Below, in pieces: positions 20,242-30,004 of a stretch of 64,000 nt of DNA. A program made the translations under genes and the position numbers. The DNA comes from Candidatus Latescibacterota bacterium (GTDB taxonomy: Bacteria; Latescibacterota; UBA2968; GCA-2709665): assembly GCA_965237675.1 (NCBI GenBank), contig OZ250150.1, positions 4,224,001-4,288,000 on the forward strand, written 5' to 3'. The number at the start of each line of letters is the position of its first letter. Positions within the stretch are counted from its first letter, which is position 1. The notes below the pieces were generated by a model that was not told where the DNA came from, did not search any database, and was given only the letters and a program-made list of their open reading frames with translations.

Positions 20242-23066
20242 ACCCTAAACACCTTCATCACCTCGTCCCCAAGGTGGTTGATCACCTTTACAGCGATCCG
20301 ACCGGAACTCGGTTTGGGGAAAGGCCGTGAAATGTCGCTGTGGAGGGTTTCCCAGGCATCCTGATTTATTTCCGCCTTTAGTGTGGTCTTGAGAGATTTG
20401 TAGGGGTCGTTGGCACCTAGGAAGTAGGCATGACGGACGAAAAAGCTCTCGTTGTTGTAGTCTGTATCCACGAACCAGCATGCGATTCCGTCTGCATTGT
20501 CACTCCTGATTTCGCCGGTGTTGGGATGGAACACGTCCACGCCGTTGACTTTGACCTGGATTTGACTATCGTCCGCGTCGAGGATGTCTATATCCGGTTC
20601 GCCAAAGATGACGAAAAGGTTGCCTTTACCGGTGTTTTTGAGGTCGTCGGCCATGTGCAGGTCGGCATTCATGCGTGCCTTGAGGACCGGAACCCGTCCG
20701 ACCTTGTTGAAGTCGGACGCGTGGGCGTCGTAATTGAAGGCGCAGGCGATCAGCACATCGAAGTCGGCGTCAGCTGCCTCCCGGGCGGCCTCAACGAGAT
20801 CGGGACGGGAGACGGTCCCGAATTCTGGGCCGATGAAGATGCCGGCGCGTTTCTCCAAGCCGTAGACGGATTCCGCTTCGACGTAGGTACCCTCTGCGCA
20901 AACGAGATCGCCGGGCCAGGGTCTCATCCCGGAGAATGATATGCGGTCCTCCTTGTGCGCCTGCTGGACGCCGGAGGTCTTTAGATTGTCCAGGATTATT
21001 CCGGCGAAGTCCTGCTTCTCTCCGTAGCCGAGCTTCCCTTCGGCAACGTTGTCGATTAACGCGTCTTCCTCATCGACACCGAGGAGTCGGTGCGGCGACA
21101 GGCTCTCTACCGTGAAGGGTCCAGCGACACGGACCTTTTTCTTGTCCTCGTAAGGCTTGTCGTAGAGGTATTCGTAGTCCGCTTTCCCGGCGATGGAGGC
21201 GTCAACTTCCTTTTGTCGAGCGATCCGCAGTTCCCACCATTCCTTGTGTAACTTTCTCGCTTCCCTGGACCAATCATCTTGGGAATCACGGGGGATTTCC
21301 CACGCCTCATAGGATGTCCGAAGTTCCTCGTTTAGCTTCGCGCGGAGAGTCTCGAGCGTTTCCTGGAATTTCTCCCAGATCACATCGATTTCGGCGTTGT
21401 TGGCGATGGACTTGAGGGTAATGTGGGGGACGCGTTCATACACGAAACCATGGCGGATGTTGTGGTAGGTCGGTGTTTCGGAGGGTGACTTGCGGACGAG
21501 CGCGGCTTCCTTGATCTGTCCTTCGCGGCTGTCGGCGAGCAGGTAGTAGGGATAACGGGCGCCCATGGTGCGGGCACGGGCAAGCGCCAGGGCAACCCGT
21601 GATGTGTCGATGGTGATCCAGCGGCGTCCCCACTGCTCCGCCACGTACGCAGTAGTGCCGGAGCCGCAGGTGGGGTCGAGGACGAGGTCGCCGGGGTCAG
21701 TGGTCATCAGTATGCAGCGTTGGATGATCTTCTGAGCCGTTTGAACTACGTAAATCTTTTCCTCAGTGAAAGAGCCAGTCAGCGTATCAGTCCAGAGATT
21801 TCCTATGGGAGTGACGGGAAAGTCGTCAATGAATCTAATGTAACTAAGGCTGTTTATTGCGTGCCCAAGGCGCATTGATTGAGAAAGTCGTATCATCCCG
21901 ACAAAATTCGTCTTCCAGTATCCGCGACCAGAACTAAAGACCCTACCTTGATGGTAAAACTCAAAATTTGTTGTTTCGCCTCCGCTCTGGGACGTTATTG
22001 TATCGTGGCGATAGATTTTCGCGTCATTTCCGATTTTTGTTCGATCGGACCGTTCCTCTTTCGTCATTGAAATACGACTCAGATCAGGCCTTTGCAGCTT
22101 CGAATACTGTCCTCCCGCGGTGAAGGTGGCGTCCTTCGTTGTGAATGGTCTCCGAAACTTCAGTACGTATATGTCTCTAGAGTACCAAATCAAGTAATCT
22201 GATACGGACGCAAGGTTCTTGTCCGTTTGGCTACTGGTCTTTTTTATTGTGATGAGAGAAACACAATTCTCCTCTCCAAACACCTCGTCCATCAACGCCC
22301 GCACCCGATGCACATTCTCGTCCCCAATCTGCACAAAGACTGACCCGCTCTCAGCCAGCAGGTCCCGCGCGACCGTGAGCCTATCACGCAAATACGTCAA
22401 ATACGAATGAATGCCATCCCGCCACGTATCCCGAAACGCCTTTACCTGTTCCGGCTCGCGGGTGATGTGGTCGGCATTGCCGTCCTTGACGTTGCGGCTG
22501 GTCGTGGACCACTGGAAGTTGGAGTTGAATTTGATGCCGTAGGGAGGGTCGACGTAGATGCATTGCACCTTGCCGCGCAACCCCTCCCGCTCCGCGAGCG
22601 ACGCCATGACCTGCAAGCTGTCCCCGAGAATCATCCGGTTCGACCAGTTGGCGTCGTGCTTGTAGAACTCCGTCTGGGCGTCCGCGTTCGGCAATCCGTT
22701 GAAATCGGCGAACAGGTCGGCCTGGGTGCCGGATTCGCCGTCCCCCTTCTCCGCCACCGATTCTTTGCTCCGCTGCCGCAGGTCATCGATCAGGATCTTC
22801 GGATGAACCTTCTCCTGGATGAAGAGCGGCGGCGCCTCCACGACGAGGTCCGACCAGTTTTGCTGGTCTTTGCCGCGCCATATAAGCTGCGGGTCAAGGT
22901 CCCGGTTACGCCGCTCATAGGCGACTTCAATCGGGCTACGGTCGCCTTCCGCCATCACCGATTGATACTCGGCCGTCGGAATATTCTTTCGCGATGCGTC
23001 CTTGTGCTGGAGGGTTTCGATGGTTTTGCTCGATCTTCGTTTCCTCATTGATTCCGGTCTCTCCAT
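20238..23066 (-). CDS. mod: Type III-like RM DNA methyltransferase (Mod), beta-class N6-adenine
   Basis: 'NRMILGDSL', motif IV 'YVDPPYG', then TRD, then motif I 'LVLDPTCGSGTT'; long C-terminal extension. Confidence 0.9.
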   Translation of the reverse strand: MERPESMRKRRSSKTIETLQHKDASRKNIPTAEYQSVMAEGDRSPIEVAYERRNRDLDPQLIWRGKDQQNWSDLVVEAPPLFIQEKVHPKILIDDLRQRSKESVAEKGDGESGTQADLFADFNGLPNADAQTEFYKHDANWSNRMILGDSLQVMASLAEREGLRGKVQCIYVDPPYGIKFNSNFQWSTTSRNVKDGNADHITREPEQVKAFRDTWRDGIHSYLTYLRDRLTVARDLLAESGSVFVQIGDENVHRVRALMDEVFGEENCVSLITIKKTSSQTDKNLASVSDYLIWYSRDIYVLKFRRPFTTKDATFTAGGQYSKLQRPDLSRISMTKEERSDRTKIGNDAKIYRHDTITSQSGGETTNFEFYHQGRVFSSGRGYWKTNFVGMIRLSQSMRLGHAINSLSYIRFIDDFPVTPIGNLWTDTLTGSFTEEKIYVVQTAQKIIQRCILMTTDPGDLVLDPTCGSGTTAYVAEQWGRRWITIDTSRVALALARARTMGARYPYYLLADSREGQIKEAALVRKSPSETPTYHNIRHGFVYERVPHITLKSIANNAEIDVIWEKFQETLETLRAKLNEELRTSYEAWEIPRDSQDDWSREARKLHKEWWELRIARQKEVDASIAGKADYEYLYDKPYEDKKKVRVAGPFTVESLSPHRLLGVDEEDALIDNVAEGKLGYGEKQDFAGIILDNLKTSGVQQAHKEDRISFSGMRPWPGDLVCAEGTYVEAESVYGLEKRAGIFIGPEFGTVSRPDLVEAAREAADADFDVLIACAFNYDAHASDFNKVGRVPVLKARMNADLHMADDLKNTGKGNLFVIFGEPDIDILDADDSQIQVKVNGVDVFHPNTGEIRSDNADGIACWFVDTDYNNESFFVRHAYFLGANDPYKSLKTTLKAEINQDAWETLHSDISRPFPKPSSGRIAVKVINHLGDEVMKVFRV

Positions 23067-23093
23067 CGTATCACAAATTCGTTTGGTTACAGG

Positions 23094-23249
23094 TCAGACG
23101 TCAACGGACAGGCAACCTTCAACGGCCTCGTAGAGGTTGGTCAGCAACGCTTCGAAGGATTCCGCTTGCGTCGCACATCCAGGGATTGAGGGTACTTCCG
23201 CCCAATATCCGCCTTCTTCCGCTTGATGGATTTCAACTTTCAGTTTCAT
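23094..23249 (-). CDS. HicB-family antitoxin, short/orphan (51 aa; not in ORF track)
   Basis: Manual translation [51 protein letters not shown] matches the HicB 'EEGGY.A.VP.LPGC.TQG' pattern. Confidence 0.8.
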   Translation of the reverse strand: MKLKVEIHQAEEGGYWAEVPSIPGCATQAESFEALLTNLYEAVEGCLSVDV

Positions 23250-23266
23250 GGCTTTCTCATAGTTCG

Positions 23267-25018
23267 TTACGGACCAAGTGTGTGGGCTAGTGGTACGTAT
23301 TCCAACATCGCCGACGTTCCGATCATATCAACGAACCGCACAATCCATTCAAACCCGTTGACATCTGTGAGCCGCAACGGCTGATTCAATTTGAAGTGAA
23401 CGGGTTGCTCCTTGCCTTCGTCAATGGCGACGTTCGTCGCGTAAAGATACGTGCGGTCGAGATTGTCGAGGATCGGGTTGAGTCGCCCGGTTAGGTTCGG
23501 CAAATGGCCGGTTCTATCCGTGAACACCGCCGAGCCACCCATCGGCAACGGTTCAAGCTGCACGTGCAGCGATTCCGACGGGCGCCAATCCCGCTCCACG
23601 TGGGCGGTGTACCCCTGTGCCGCGCAGAAAACGGTAATGGGAAGTTCCGAGTGAAATCCAAAAGCGACCCGGCCAAACGTATCGGTTTTCCCCTCCATCC
23701 AGGTCTTGTTGGGATACAGTGTAACTACCTGCGCATCTGCAAGCGGCTGGCCGGCCGCGAATACCAACACTTCCCCTTTGATCCCCGTTACCGGCGGAGG
23801 GGCGGAAGGTATAGTCAGCCGCAGTTCTGCACCTCCGATCAGTTCGTAGTCCGGGTCGTGCCCTGTCAGCTCGTGGGTCTGCTCATAGATGATTGGAACT
23901 CCTTCGCCGCGTAGTTCCAGGAAGTACTGCCGATCACCCGCGCCGATGATTTCCCCTACCGCAAGCATACGGAGGATGGACGCGAGCGTTTCGTTGCGGG
24001 TGGCTTGTCGATTGCGCATGGCCTCGATAGGCAGCGTGTTGGGCAGGGCGCCCGGCGAGTACAACTCAAGGCGATCGTCAAAGATGAAGAGCCGTATCTT
24101 CCCGTTCTCTATCGAGTAGTCGCGGTGTACCACGGCGTTGACAGTGGCCTCGAATACTGCTCGCGGGCTAAATTGGGGAATCTCAACCCGCCCAGGATCC
24201 TTGCGCGCCGCCACCCGCGTGTTGAGCCTGACGAAATTGACGGTATCGCGAATTTGCTGGTCCAACGGACCGGTGATTGACGAGGCATCGTGCTGGCTTG
24301 CACGGCCGAGAACCGTGCCTCGATAGCGAATGGCCTCGACCAGAGCGCCTGGTATGTGCTCATCCGGGCGTGCGGTGCAGAGTAACACGCCGGCCACCGT
24401 TGCGCGGGTCACGCCGCTGTCATCCTCCCGCACCAACCCCAGCTTTGTGAGTTGGACCGTTGCAGGCTCGGTGGCGCGCGAGCTCAGGAATCGATCCGCC
24501 AAAGTCTCGTCGAGCGTGTTGGTTCCGGTTCCGGAAACGATCGCTTCGTCAGGACCAGGTAGACCAGAACGCCCCCGCTGCTGAAACAGACGGTTCAATG
24601 CTTCCGACGACAGTTCACGCTTCGCGCTGCCTTTACGGGAAAAATATCCTCCGGGGCTCTTGTGGACCAACGCGCTCTGTTCGACATGGACGATCAGCAC
24701 AAACGAACCGTCCGGCAGAGCCAGCCGTTGGGTGACGAACGCCAACGGAGGACGGATGCTATCCGAGCAAATCTCGCTGACGAAGGCTTCCAACGCATCC
24801 ATCTGTTTCCGGTTCATCGACCGCACCTCACCAGCGTCGGATACGCTGAAGATCACTGTGCCGCCAATGGTATTACCAAAAGCGGCCAACTCGTCTGCAA
24901 CCATGTCACGACGAGGCTCACGAACCCGGTTGTTGGCAAACACGACTTCTTTAAACTCAACGCTGCTGTCCTCGCCGAGTTTGAGTCGCTGCAACAGGCT
25001 ATCCGTGTTCCATAACAT
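23267..25018 (-). CDS. Schlafen/AlbA_2 + HATPase_c_4 (RecG-C-like) protein with extra C-terminal beta-rich domains
   Basis: '[10 protein letters not shown]...[10 protein letters not shown]', '[13 protein letters not shown]', '[11 protein letters not shown]', 'RNETLA', 'ELRGEGV'. Confidence 0.8.
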   Translation of the reverse strand: MLWNTDSLLQRLKLGEDSSVEFKEVVFANNRVREPRRDMVADELAAFGNTIGGTVIFSVSDAGEVRSMNRKQMDALEAFVSEICSDSIRPPLAFVTQRLALPDGSFVLIVHVEQSALVHKSPGGYFSRKGSAKRELSSEALNRLFQQRGRSGLPGPDEAIVSGTGTNTLDETLADRFLSSRATEPATVQLTKLGLVREDDSGVTRATVAGVLLCTARPDEHIPGALVEAIRYRGTVLGRASQHDASSITGPLDQQIRDTVNFVRLNTRVAARKDPGRVEIPQFSPRAVFEATVNAVVHRDYSIENGKIRLFIFDDRLELYSPGALPNTLPIEAMRNRQATRNETLASILRMLAVGEIIGAGDRQYFLELRGEGVPIIYEQTHELTGHDPDYELIGGAELRLTIPSAPPPVTGIKGEVLVFAAGQPLADAQVVTLYPNKTWMEGKTDTFGRVAFGFHSELPITVFCAAQGYTAHVERDWRPSESLHVQLEPLPMGGSAVFTDRTGHLPNLTGRLNPILDNLDRTYLYATNVAIDEGKEQPVHFKLNQPLRLTDVNGFEWIVRFVDMIGTSAMLEYVPLAHTLGP

Positions 25019-25053
25019 TGCATCTTCCCTTGGGCATGTTTCAACGAGCCAAT

Positions 25054-28000
25054 TTATCCGCGTGTTTCCGTCTTTAGATTCAGATCTCGGGGGCTTGCCT
25101 GGGCTGAAAACCGCTCGATTATTTCGTTGAACGCTGCTTCCACCTTGGACTCAAAGTCCGCCTGCATCTCATACACGTCAGTAAACTCTGCGAAAGCCCA
25201 GCGACCATAATTCCCGTGATTGTTTACTCCGGGCACCCAGTAGGTGTCCATGGTATCCTTCTTATGTTTGGCGTCCTCACCGCGATAGCCCTTGATCTCG
25301 ACAATAAGATGAAGGAGATCGTCCTGGCCTCGTCCGTCGTCAACGAGAACAATAAAATCAGGAATGTACGTCCGCGTCACGGAGCCGCGCCGGTAAGGAA
25401 CCTCGAGACCAAGATTGTGGTTTTTTACGTAAGCCCTGACGCTGCGATGGGATTCAGCGACGCGGCAAAATTCCGCTTCCCAGTCGCTATCCAAGACCAC
25501 CCAATTGACGTGGCAGCGGCGAGAATCCGTCTCGTAACGGCTGGTCCTGGTGGTATTGAAATTCACCTGAGCCGTCGAGCCTACCGGATTATACGGATCG
25601 AGCACGGCCTTGACCGGGCGACTGCCGATTGCCGCCCGAGTGATGGCGGCCGTGATGCGTTCACAGGCCATATCCGCAAGTTCCTGGTACATCAGTTGCG
25701 CAGGATATGTGCTACCCTTGCAAGTAAGGCAGGTATCGAGCCACTTCCGGGTAATGCTCTTGAGCTGTCCGAATAAATGAAGCTTGGGTTCCTCGCCCGG
25801 GTCCCGCCATTTGGTATATAGCAGCCGCTGGGTGAGGTAGAACAGAAGCGTGGATTGACGAATGTCATTTGTATGAACCAGATTGAGGTCCACGCCTTTG
25901 CCGATAATCCCCTGGTTTGTCGTGATGGATGGTCCGATGATATCCGGTGTTAATTCCAGAACCGAGTCCTCATTGAACTCGGCAGTTAACCTTTCGTCGG
26001 GCAGTTCCACTCGATATCCTGCCACTCGCGGGAAACGAATTTCAAGCGCGTCCCTTTCGGGTCGCACGGCCCTCACATGGACGGTTTCTCGTGGTGGTGT
26101 CGGCGTGACAACGACTGGCTTTGCGGTAAAGTCGAAAGGTATTCCCAGAACATCAGCGTACTCGACATCAAACAGCCCTTCGTCGTTGAGTTTGTAGGAC
26201 TGCCGGCGCAGCGCACGACCGACAACCTGCTCGCAAAGCAACTGGGTACCGAAAGCGCGAACACCCAGGACGTGACTGACGTTGTTCGCATCCCAACCCT
26301 CCGTGAGCATCGATACCGAAACCACACAACGAATCGAATCCCCCAGTCTACCGGATTTGCCGACGGTGTTCATGACCTCGCGGAGCAGTTCCTGGTCGCT
26401 GATCTTTTCGGCTTGTTGGCGATCGCCTGTACGTTCGATTATTTCTCGTCGAAAGCGTTCGATTTCATTGATAGCCATCTTTCGGAATTTCGTATCCAGC
26501 GCATCACCGGACTCCAACTGCTCACTGTCGATCAGTAGAGTGCGAGGGCGCGGGTGCCGCTGGCCATATTCATCGAAGTTGCGAAACAACTCCAGGCGTC
26601 CGTTCTCAAACGTCGATGAACCATCTTCGTTTTCACGATAAAAACCAGAGATATAATCGTATACCAGCTTGGAGGTCGAGGTGTTGTTGCAGACTACGAT
26701 AAAACATGGTGGCACGCCGATGCCGGCTTCCTCCATCAACTCGAACGTCTTCTTATAATGCCCATATAGTGCTGCCAACGCAGTCTGCAACTCCACGGGC
26801 AGACTGAGGGGATCGAGTGTCTTAGCCTTACCCCGCCCTTTCTTCGGCATATCACTTCGAATGTGTTCCCATAGGTTGCGGAACTTCGGCATATCCCCGC
26901 CGGGGATATTGTCGGCGACTGGCACGCGGGGCAGTTTGACGATGCCGCATTCGATGGCGTCCATCAGGGAGAAATCGCACATCGTCCACGGAAACAATGT
27001 CCCTTCTGCGTATCCCGAACCGCGCAGAAAGAAAGGCGTTGCAGAAAGATCCAGCACCCGGTTGATGCCGAGCTTTTTCCCCACCGTCTCCAGTCCCGAA
27101 ATCCAAAGGCGCGCGGCTTCCGTGTTCTTCTTGGCTTCCTTACTTTCGTCTCCCTTGAGTGTACCTTCCTCCCCTTCCCCCGGCTTTTCACGATAGCAGT
27201 GATGCGCCTCATCATTAAGGACCATGATGTTCTTGATTCCCATAAGTTCGGGCATGACCCGTTGGAGCATCTGTCCTTCAGTTTCCAAGGTAGACAGCGA
27301 CTCACCCCGACCCTGAAGCAAGGAACGGCCGCCCTTTGATAGTTCCAAACGTTCACGCAGCTTGAATGCGTGATAATTGGTGATGACGATCTTGGACTTT
27401 TCCAAGTCGGGCAGCATGTCGTTCGGAACCAGTTCGCTGCTCTGATAGTAACTGTCCGGGTCATTTGGCTGCAGGACACGCAGGCGATCCTTGATGGTGA
27501 TGCCGGGGGTGACAACGAGGAAGCCGCGCGTAAACCGGCTGCTCTGCGGCCGGCGTACTGCGTTGATGGTTTGCCAGGCGATCAACATCGCCATAACAGT
27601 GGTCTTGCCGGCGCCGGTTGCCAATTTAAGCGCCAGGCGCTGCAACCCTGTATTCGCTTCGTTGTTGGAACTTGCCAAGTGATCGAGGAATCTCTTGCCG
27701 GAAACACCGGCATTGGGCGCAACTTCTGTTAGCCAGATGACGGTCTCTACCGCCTCGACCTGGCAAAAGAAAGGTCGAATGTCATTGAACCGATGGTGCC
27801 GCCAATGCTGGAGCAGTCGCGCCGTTTCAGGCGACACCCGCCATTGTTTCGGATTTCGCAACCGTCGCCATCGGTCGACCTGTAACCGAACGCCGCTGAT
27901 GATTTCGGTTAGATCGTACCGCTGGCCTTCAGTCCCGAGTTTCCTGGCCGCCTCGTCGAAAACAATCGCGGATTGATCTACAGGCGATCCCTTCTGCTTC

Positions 28001-28152
28001 TTCGGTTTCGGAATCGGCGAAATGAACTCGGCGCGTCGCCGCATTTCGACGATTTTTTGCGTCGGCTGGCCTGTCTTGTCCAGTTCCCAGTGCGTGTTCG
28101 GGTACTCGTACGGCGAGTTGAGTATCGGTTGTTCGAAGAATTGATCGCTCAA
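25054..28152 (-). CDS. res: Type III-like restriction endonuclease subunit (Res; SF2 helicase + PD-(D/E)XK)
   Basis: 'LKLATGAGKT', 'NDEAHHCY', 'LSATP', 'SMLTEGWD', 'QVVGRALRR', C-terminal 'YIPDFIV...VEIKG'; TTG start with AGGAG SD. Confidence 0.9.
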   Translation of the reverse strand: MSDQFFEQPILNSPYEYPNTHWELDKTGQPTQKIVEMRRRAEFISPIPKPKKQKGSPVDQSAIVFDEAARKLGTEGQRYDLTEIISGVRLQVDRWRRLRNPKQWRVSPETARLLQHWRHHRFNDIRPFFCQVEAVETVIWLTEVAPNAGVSGKRFLDHLASSNNEANTGLQRLALKLATGAGKTTVMAMLIAWQTINAVRRPQSSRFTRGFLVVTPGITIKDRLRVLQPNDPDSYYQSSELVPNDMLPDLEKSKIVITNYHAFKLRERLELSKGGRSLLQGRGESLSTLETEGQMLQRVMPELMGIKNIMVLNDEAHHCYREKPGEGEEGTLKGDESKEAKKNTEAARLWISGLETVGKKLGINRVLDLSATPFFLRGSGYAEGTLFPWTMCDFSLMDAIECGIVKLPRVPVADNIPGGDMPKFRNLWEHIRSDMPKKGRGKAKTLDPLSLPVELQTALAALYGHYKKTFELMEEAGIGVPPCFIVVCNNTSTSKLVYDYISGFYRENEDGSSTFENGRLELFRNFDEYGQRHPRPRTLLIDSEQLESGDALDTKFRKMAINEIERFRREIIERTGDRQQAEKISDQELLREVMNTVGKSGRLGDSIRCVVSVSMLTEGWDANNVSHVLGVRAFGTQLLCEQVVGRALRRQSYKLNDEGLFDVEYADVLGIPFDFTAKPVVVTPTPPRETVHVRAVRPERDALEIRFPRVAGYRVELPDERLTAEFNEDSVLELTPDIIGPSITTNQGIIGKGVDLNLVHTNDIRQSTLLFYLTQRLLYTKWRDPGEEPKLHLFGQLKSITRKWLDTCLTCKGSTYPAQLMYQELADMACERITAAITRAAIGSRPVKAVLDPYNPVGSTAQVNFNTTRTSRYETDSRRCHVNWVVLDSDWEAEFCRVAESHRSVRAYVKNHNLGLEVPYRRGSVTRTYIPDFIVLVDDGRGQDDLLHLIVEIKGYRGEDAKHKKDTMDTYWVPGVNNHGNYGRWAFAEFTDVYEMQADFESKVEAAFNEIIERFSAQASPRDLNLKTETRG

Positions 28153-28565
28153 ATCAATGTACTCCTATTGCACCAAAATCACATTGACCCGTATTTTCGT
28201 AGAGGTACGGGAACCGAAACCCTCGTGAGCTGTTACAGCGTTCCCGGAGAAACTTCGATATGCTGCAAAAGTAGGAATGACACCAATAAAGAAATTTCAA
28301 GTCAACGCAAAACTGCATCTCCATCAAACCATTCGCAAACACGAGCACGAGCGAACGGCAGGACCTGACAAATCCGGATGTTCTTCAGGGTACCCTGCTA
28401 AGGCAACTCTCCGCCCCACCGGGCGTCTATAGCACATGTGAGATTCGGCTTTAGGTACAAGGAAATCGTCTTTCTAATATAGGCACAGAGGGTTCGTCCG
28501 TGTACATCTTTCAAAGCAAAGCCATCGAATTTGTCATGGACTCGACGAGCAGAAGGTCAACTCGA

Positions 28566-29894
28566 ATGAAGTTTCGCTTCCCGACTGGAAGATGGCTCCG
28601 TGCGTTCGTTACTTTGATTCTGATCGCCGAACACCCGGGATGCGGCGCAGAATCACCCGTGGACGAGGCGCCGGATGAAAGGGATGATGTTCCGAGGGAA
28701 CAGGTCACGTCGGAAAAGTCACGGATTACCTCGCTTTCCGCGTCAGACGTGAAGCTGGACGAACTGGTGCGGGGAAACAGCGCTTTCGCGTTCGACCTCT
28801 ATCGGGTTTTGCGCGATAATGAAGGAAACCTTTTCTATTCACCGCACAGCATCTCGTTGGCACTTTCCATGGTGTACGCCGGCGCCAGCGACCGGACGGC
28901 AGGCCAGATAAAGGAAGTACTTCACTTTCTCCTTCCCCCGGATCAATTGCATCCGGCATTCAACGTGCTGGATCTCGCGCTAGCCGAGCGCGGCAAGGGT
29001 AAAAGCAGCCAGGACAGCGTGAAATTCCGGTTGAACATCGCCAATGCCATCTGGGGACAAAGAGGATATGCATTCCTGCCGCAATTTCTGGACGCGCTGG
29101 CCGAGAACTACGGCGCCGAGATGAGGCCGCTGGATTTTGTCAACGAACCGGAAGCGTCACGTAAGGCGATCAATGACTGGGTCGCGAACCGAACCGAAGA
29201 TAAGATCGAAGAACTGATTCCGCAGGGTCTCATCAATACGTTGACGAGGCTGGTCCTGGCCAACGCCATCTATTTCAACGCGGCCTGGCACCTGCCCTTC
29301 GACGAAAGAGAGACCTCCAATGACACCTTTTTTCTGTTGAGCGGGGAACGTGTCGATGTACCGATGATGCGGCAATACGAGGATTTCAATCATACGTGGC
29401 ACAGGGCGTCTAATGCCCAGGCCGTGGAGTTGCTTTACCGGGATCGCGAGGTATCAATGATTGTCTTCCTTCCCGCGAAAGGGGAATTCGAACAATTCGA
29501 AAACTCGTTGACCGCGGATCTCGTCCGCGAGATTCATACATCTATGAGACCCCTTCGCCTGGAGCTTTCAATACCGTCGTTCGAGATCAAATCTGAATTC
29601 AGGCTGGCCGACACCCTGGCCGGGATGGGGATGCCGGACGCATTCGACCCGGAATCAGCGGATTTTTCCGGAATGACCGGGAAGAAAGACCTGTTCTGCT
29701 CCGCCGTTATTCACAAGGCTTTTGTAAAGGTAAATGAACGGGGCACGGAGGCGGCCGCCGCGACGGGTGCAGGGATGCAGCTAACGGCGGTTACGCCCGA
29801 ATTTATGGCCAATCGCCCATTTATCTTCCTCATCCGGGACATCGCTACCAACGCGATCCTGTTTGTCGGACGTGTGACGGATCCTAGGGGATAA
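28566..29894 (+). CDS. Serpin family protease inhibitor
   Basis: 'NLFYSPHSI', 'LVLANAIYFNAAW', hinge 'NERGTEAAAAT', 'ANRPFIFLIRD...LFVGRV.DP'. Confidence 0.93.
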   Translation: MKFRFPTGRWLRAFVTLILIAEHPGCGAESPVDEAPDERDDVPREQVTSEKSRITSLSASDVKLDELVRGNSAFAFDLYRVLRDNEGNLFYSPHSISLALSMVYAGASDRTAGQIKEVLHFLLPPDQLHPAFNVLDLALAERGKGKSSQDSVKFRLNIANAIWGQRGYAFLPQFLDALAENYGAEMRPLDFVNEPEASRKAINDWVANRTEDKIEELIPQGLINTLTRLVLANAIYFNAAWHLPFDERETSNDTFFLLSGERVDVPMMRQYEDFNHTWHRASNAQAVELLYRDREVSMIVFLPAKGEFEQFENSLTADLVREIHTSMRPLRLELSIPSFEIKSEFRLADTLAGMGMPDAFDPESADFSGMTGKKDLFCSAVIHKAFVKVNERGTEAAAATGAGMQLTAVTPEFMANRPFIFLIRDIATNAILFVGRVTDPRG

Positions 29895-30004
29895 CCCGCC
29901 CACCGACCCGTGAGTCCCTCTTGGCACGATTGGCGGACACCGGCTGGCACGCCCCGGAATTCGCATCCGCCAATCGCTCCGAAACGGGTTATTCCGCCGC
30001 ACAC

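Larger units (their letters stand above)
14117..28152 (-). mobile_element. Defence island adjacent to tRNA-Ile2 (no integrase or att repeat seen)
   Basis: Run of co-oriented RM, nuclease, helicase and TA-type genes with patchy lower GC, starting right after the tRNA 3' end. Confidence 0.7.

Noticed and set aside
28153-28560. attR copy of the tRNA 3' end or an integrase closing the island
   Set aside because: No duplicate of the tRNA 3' sequence and no recombinase ORF were found by eye.
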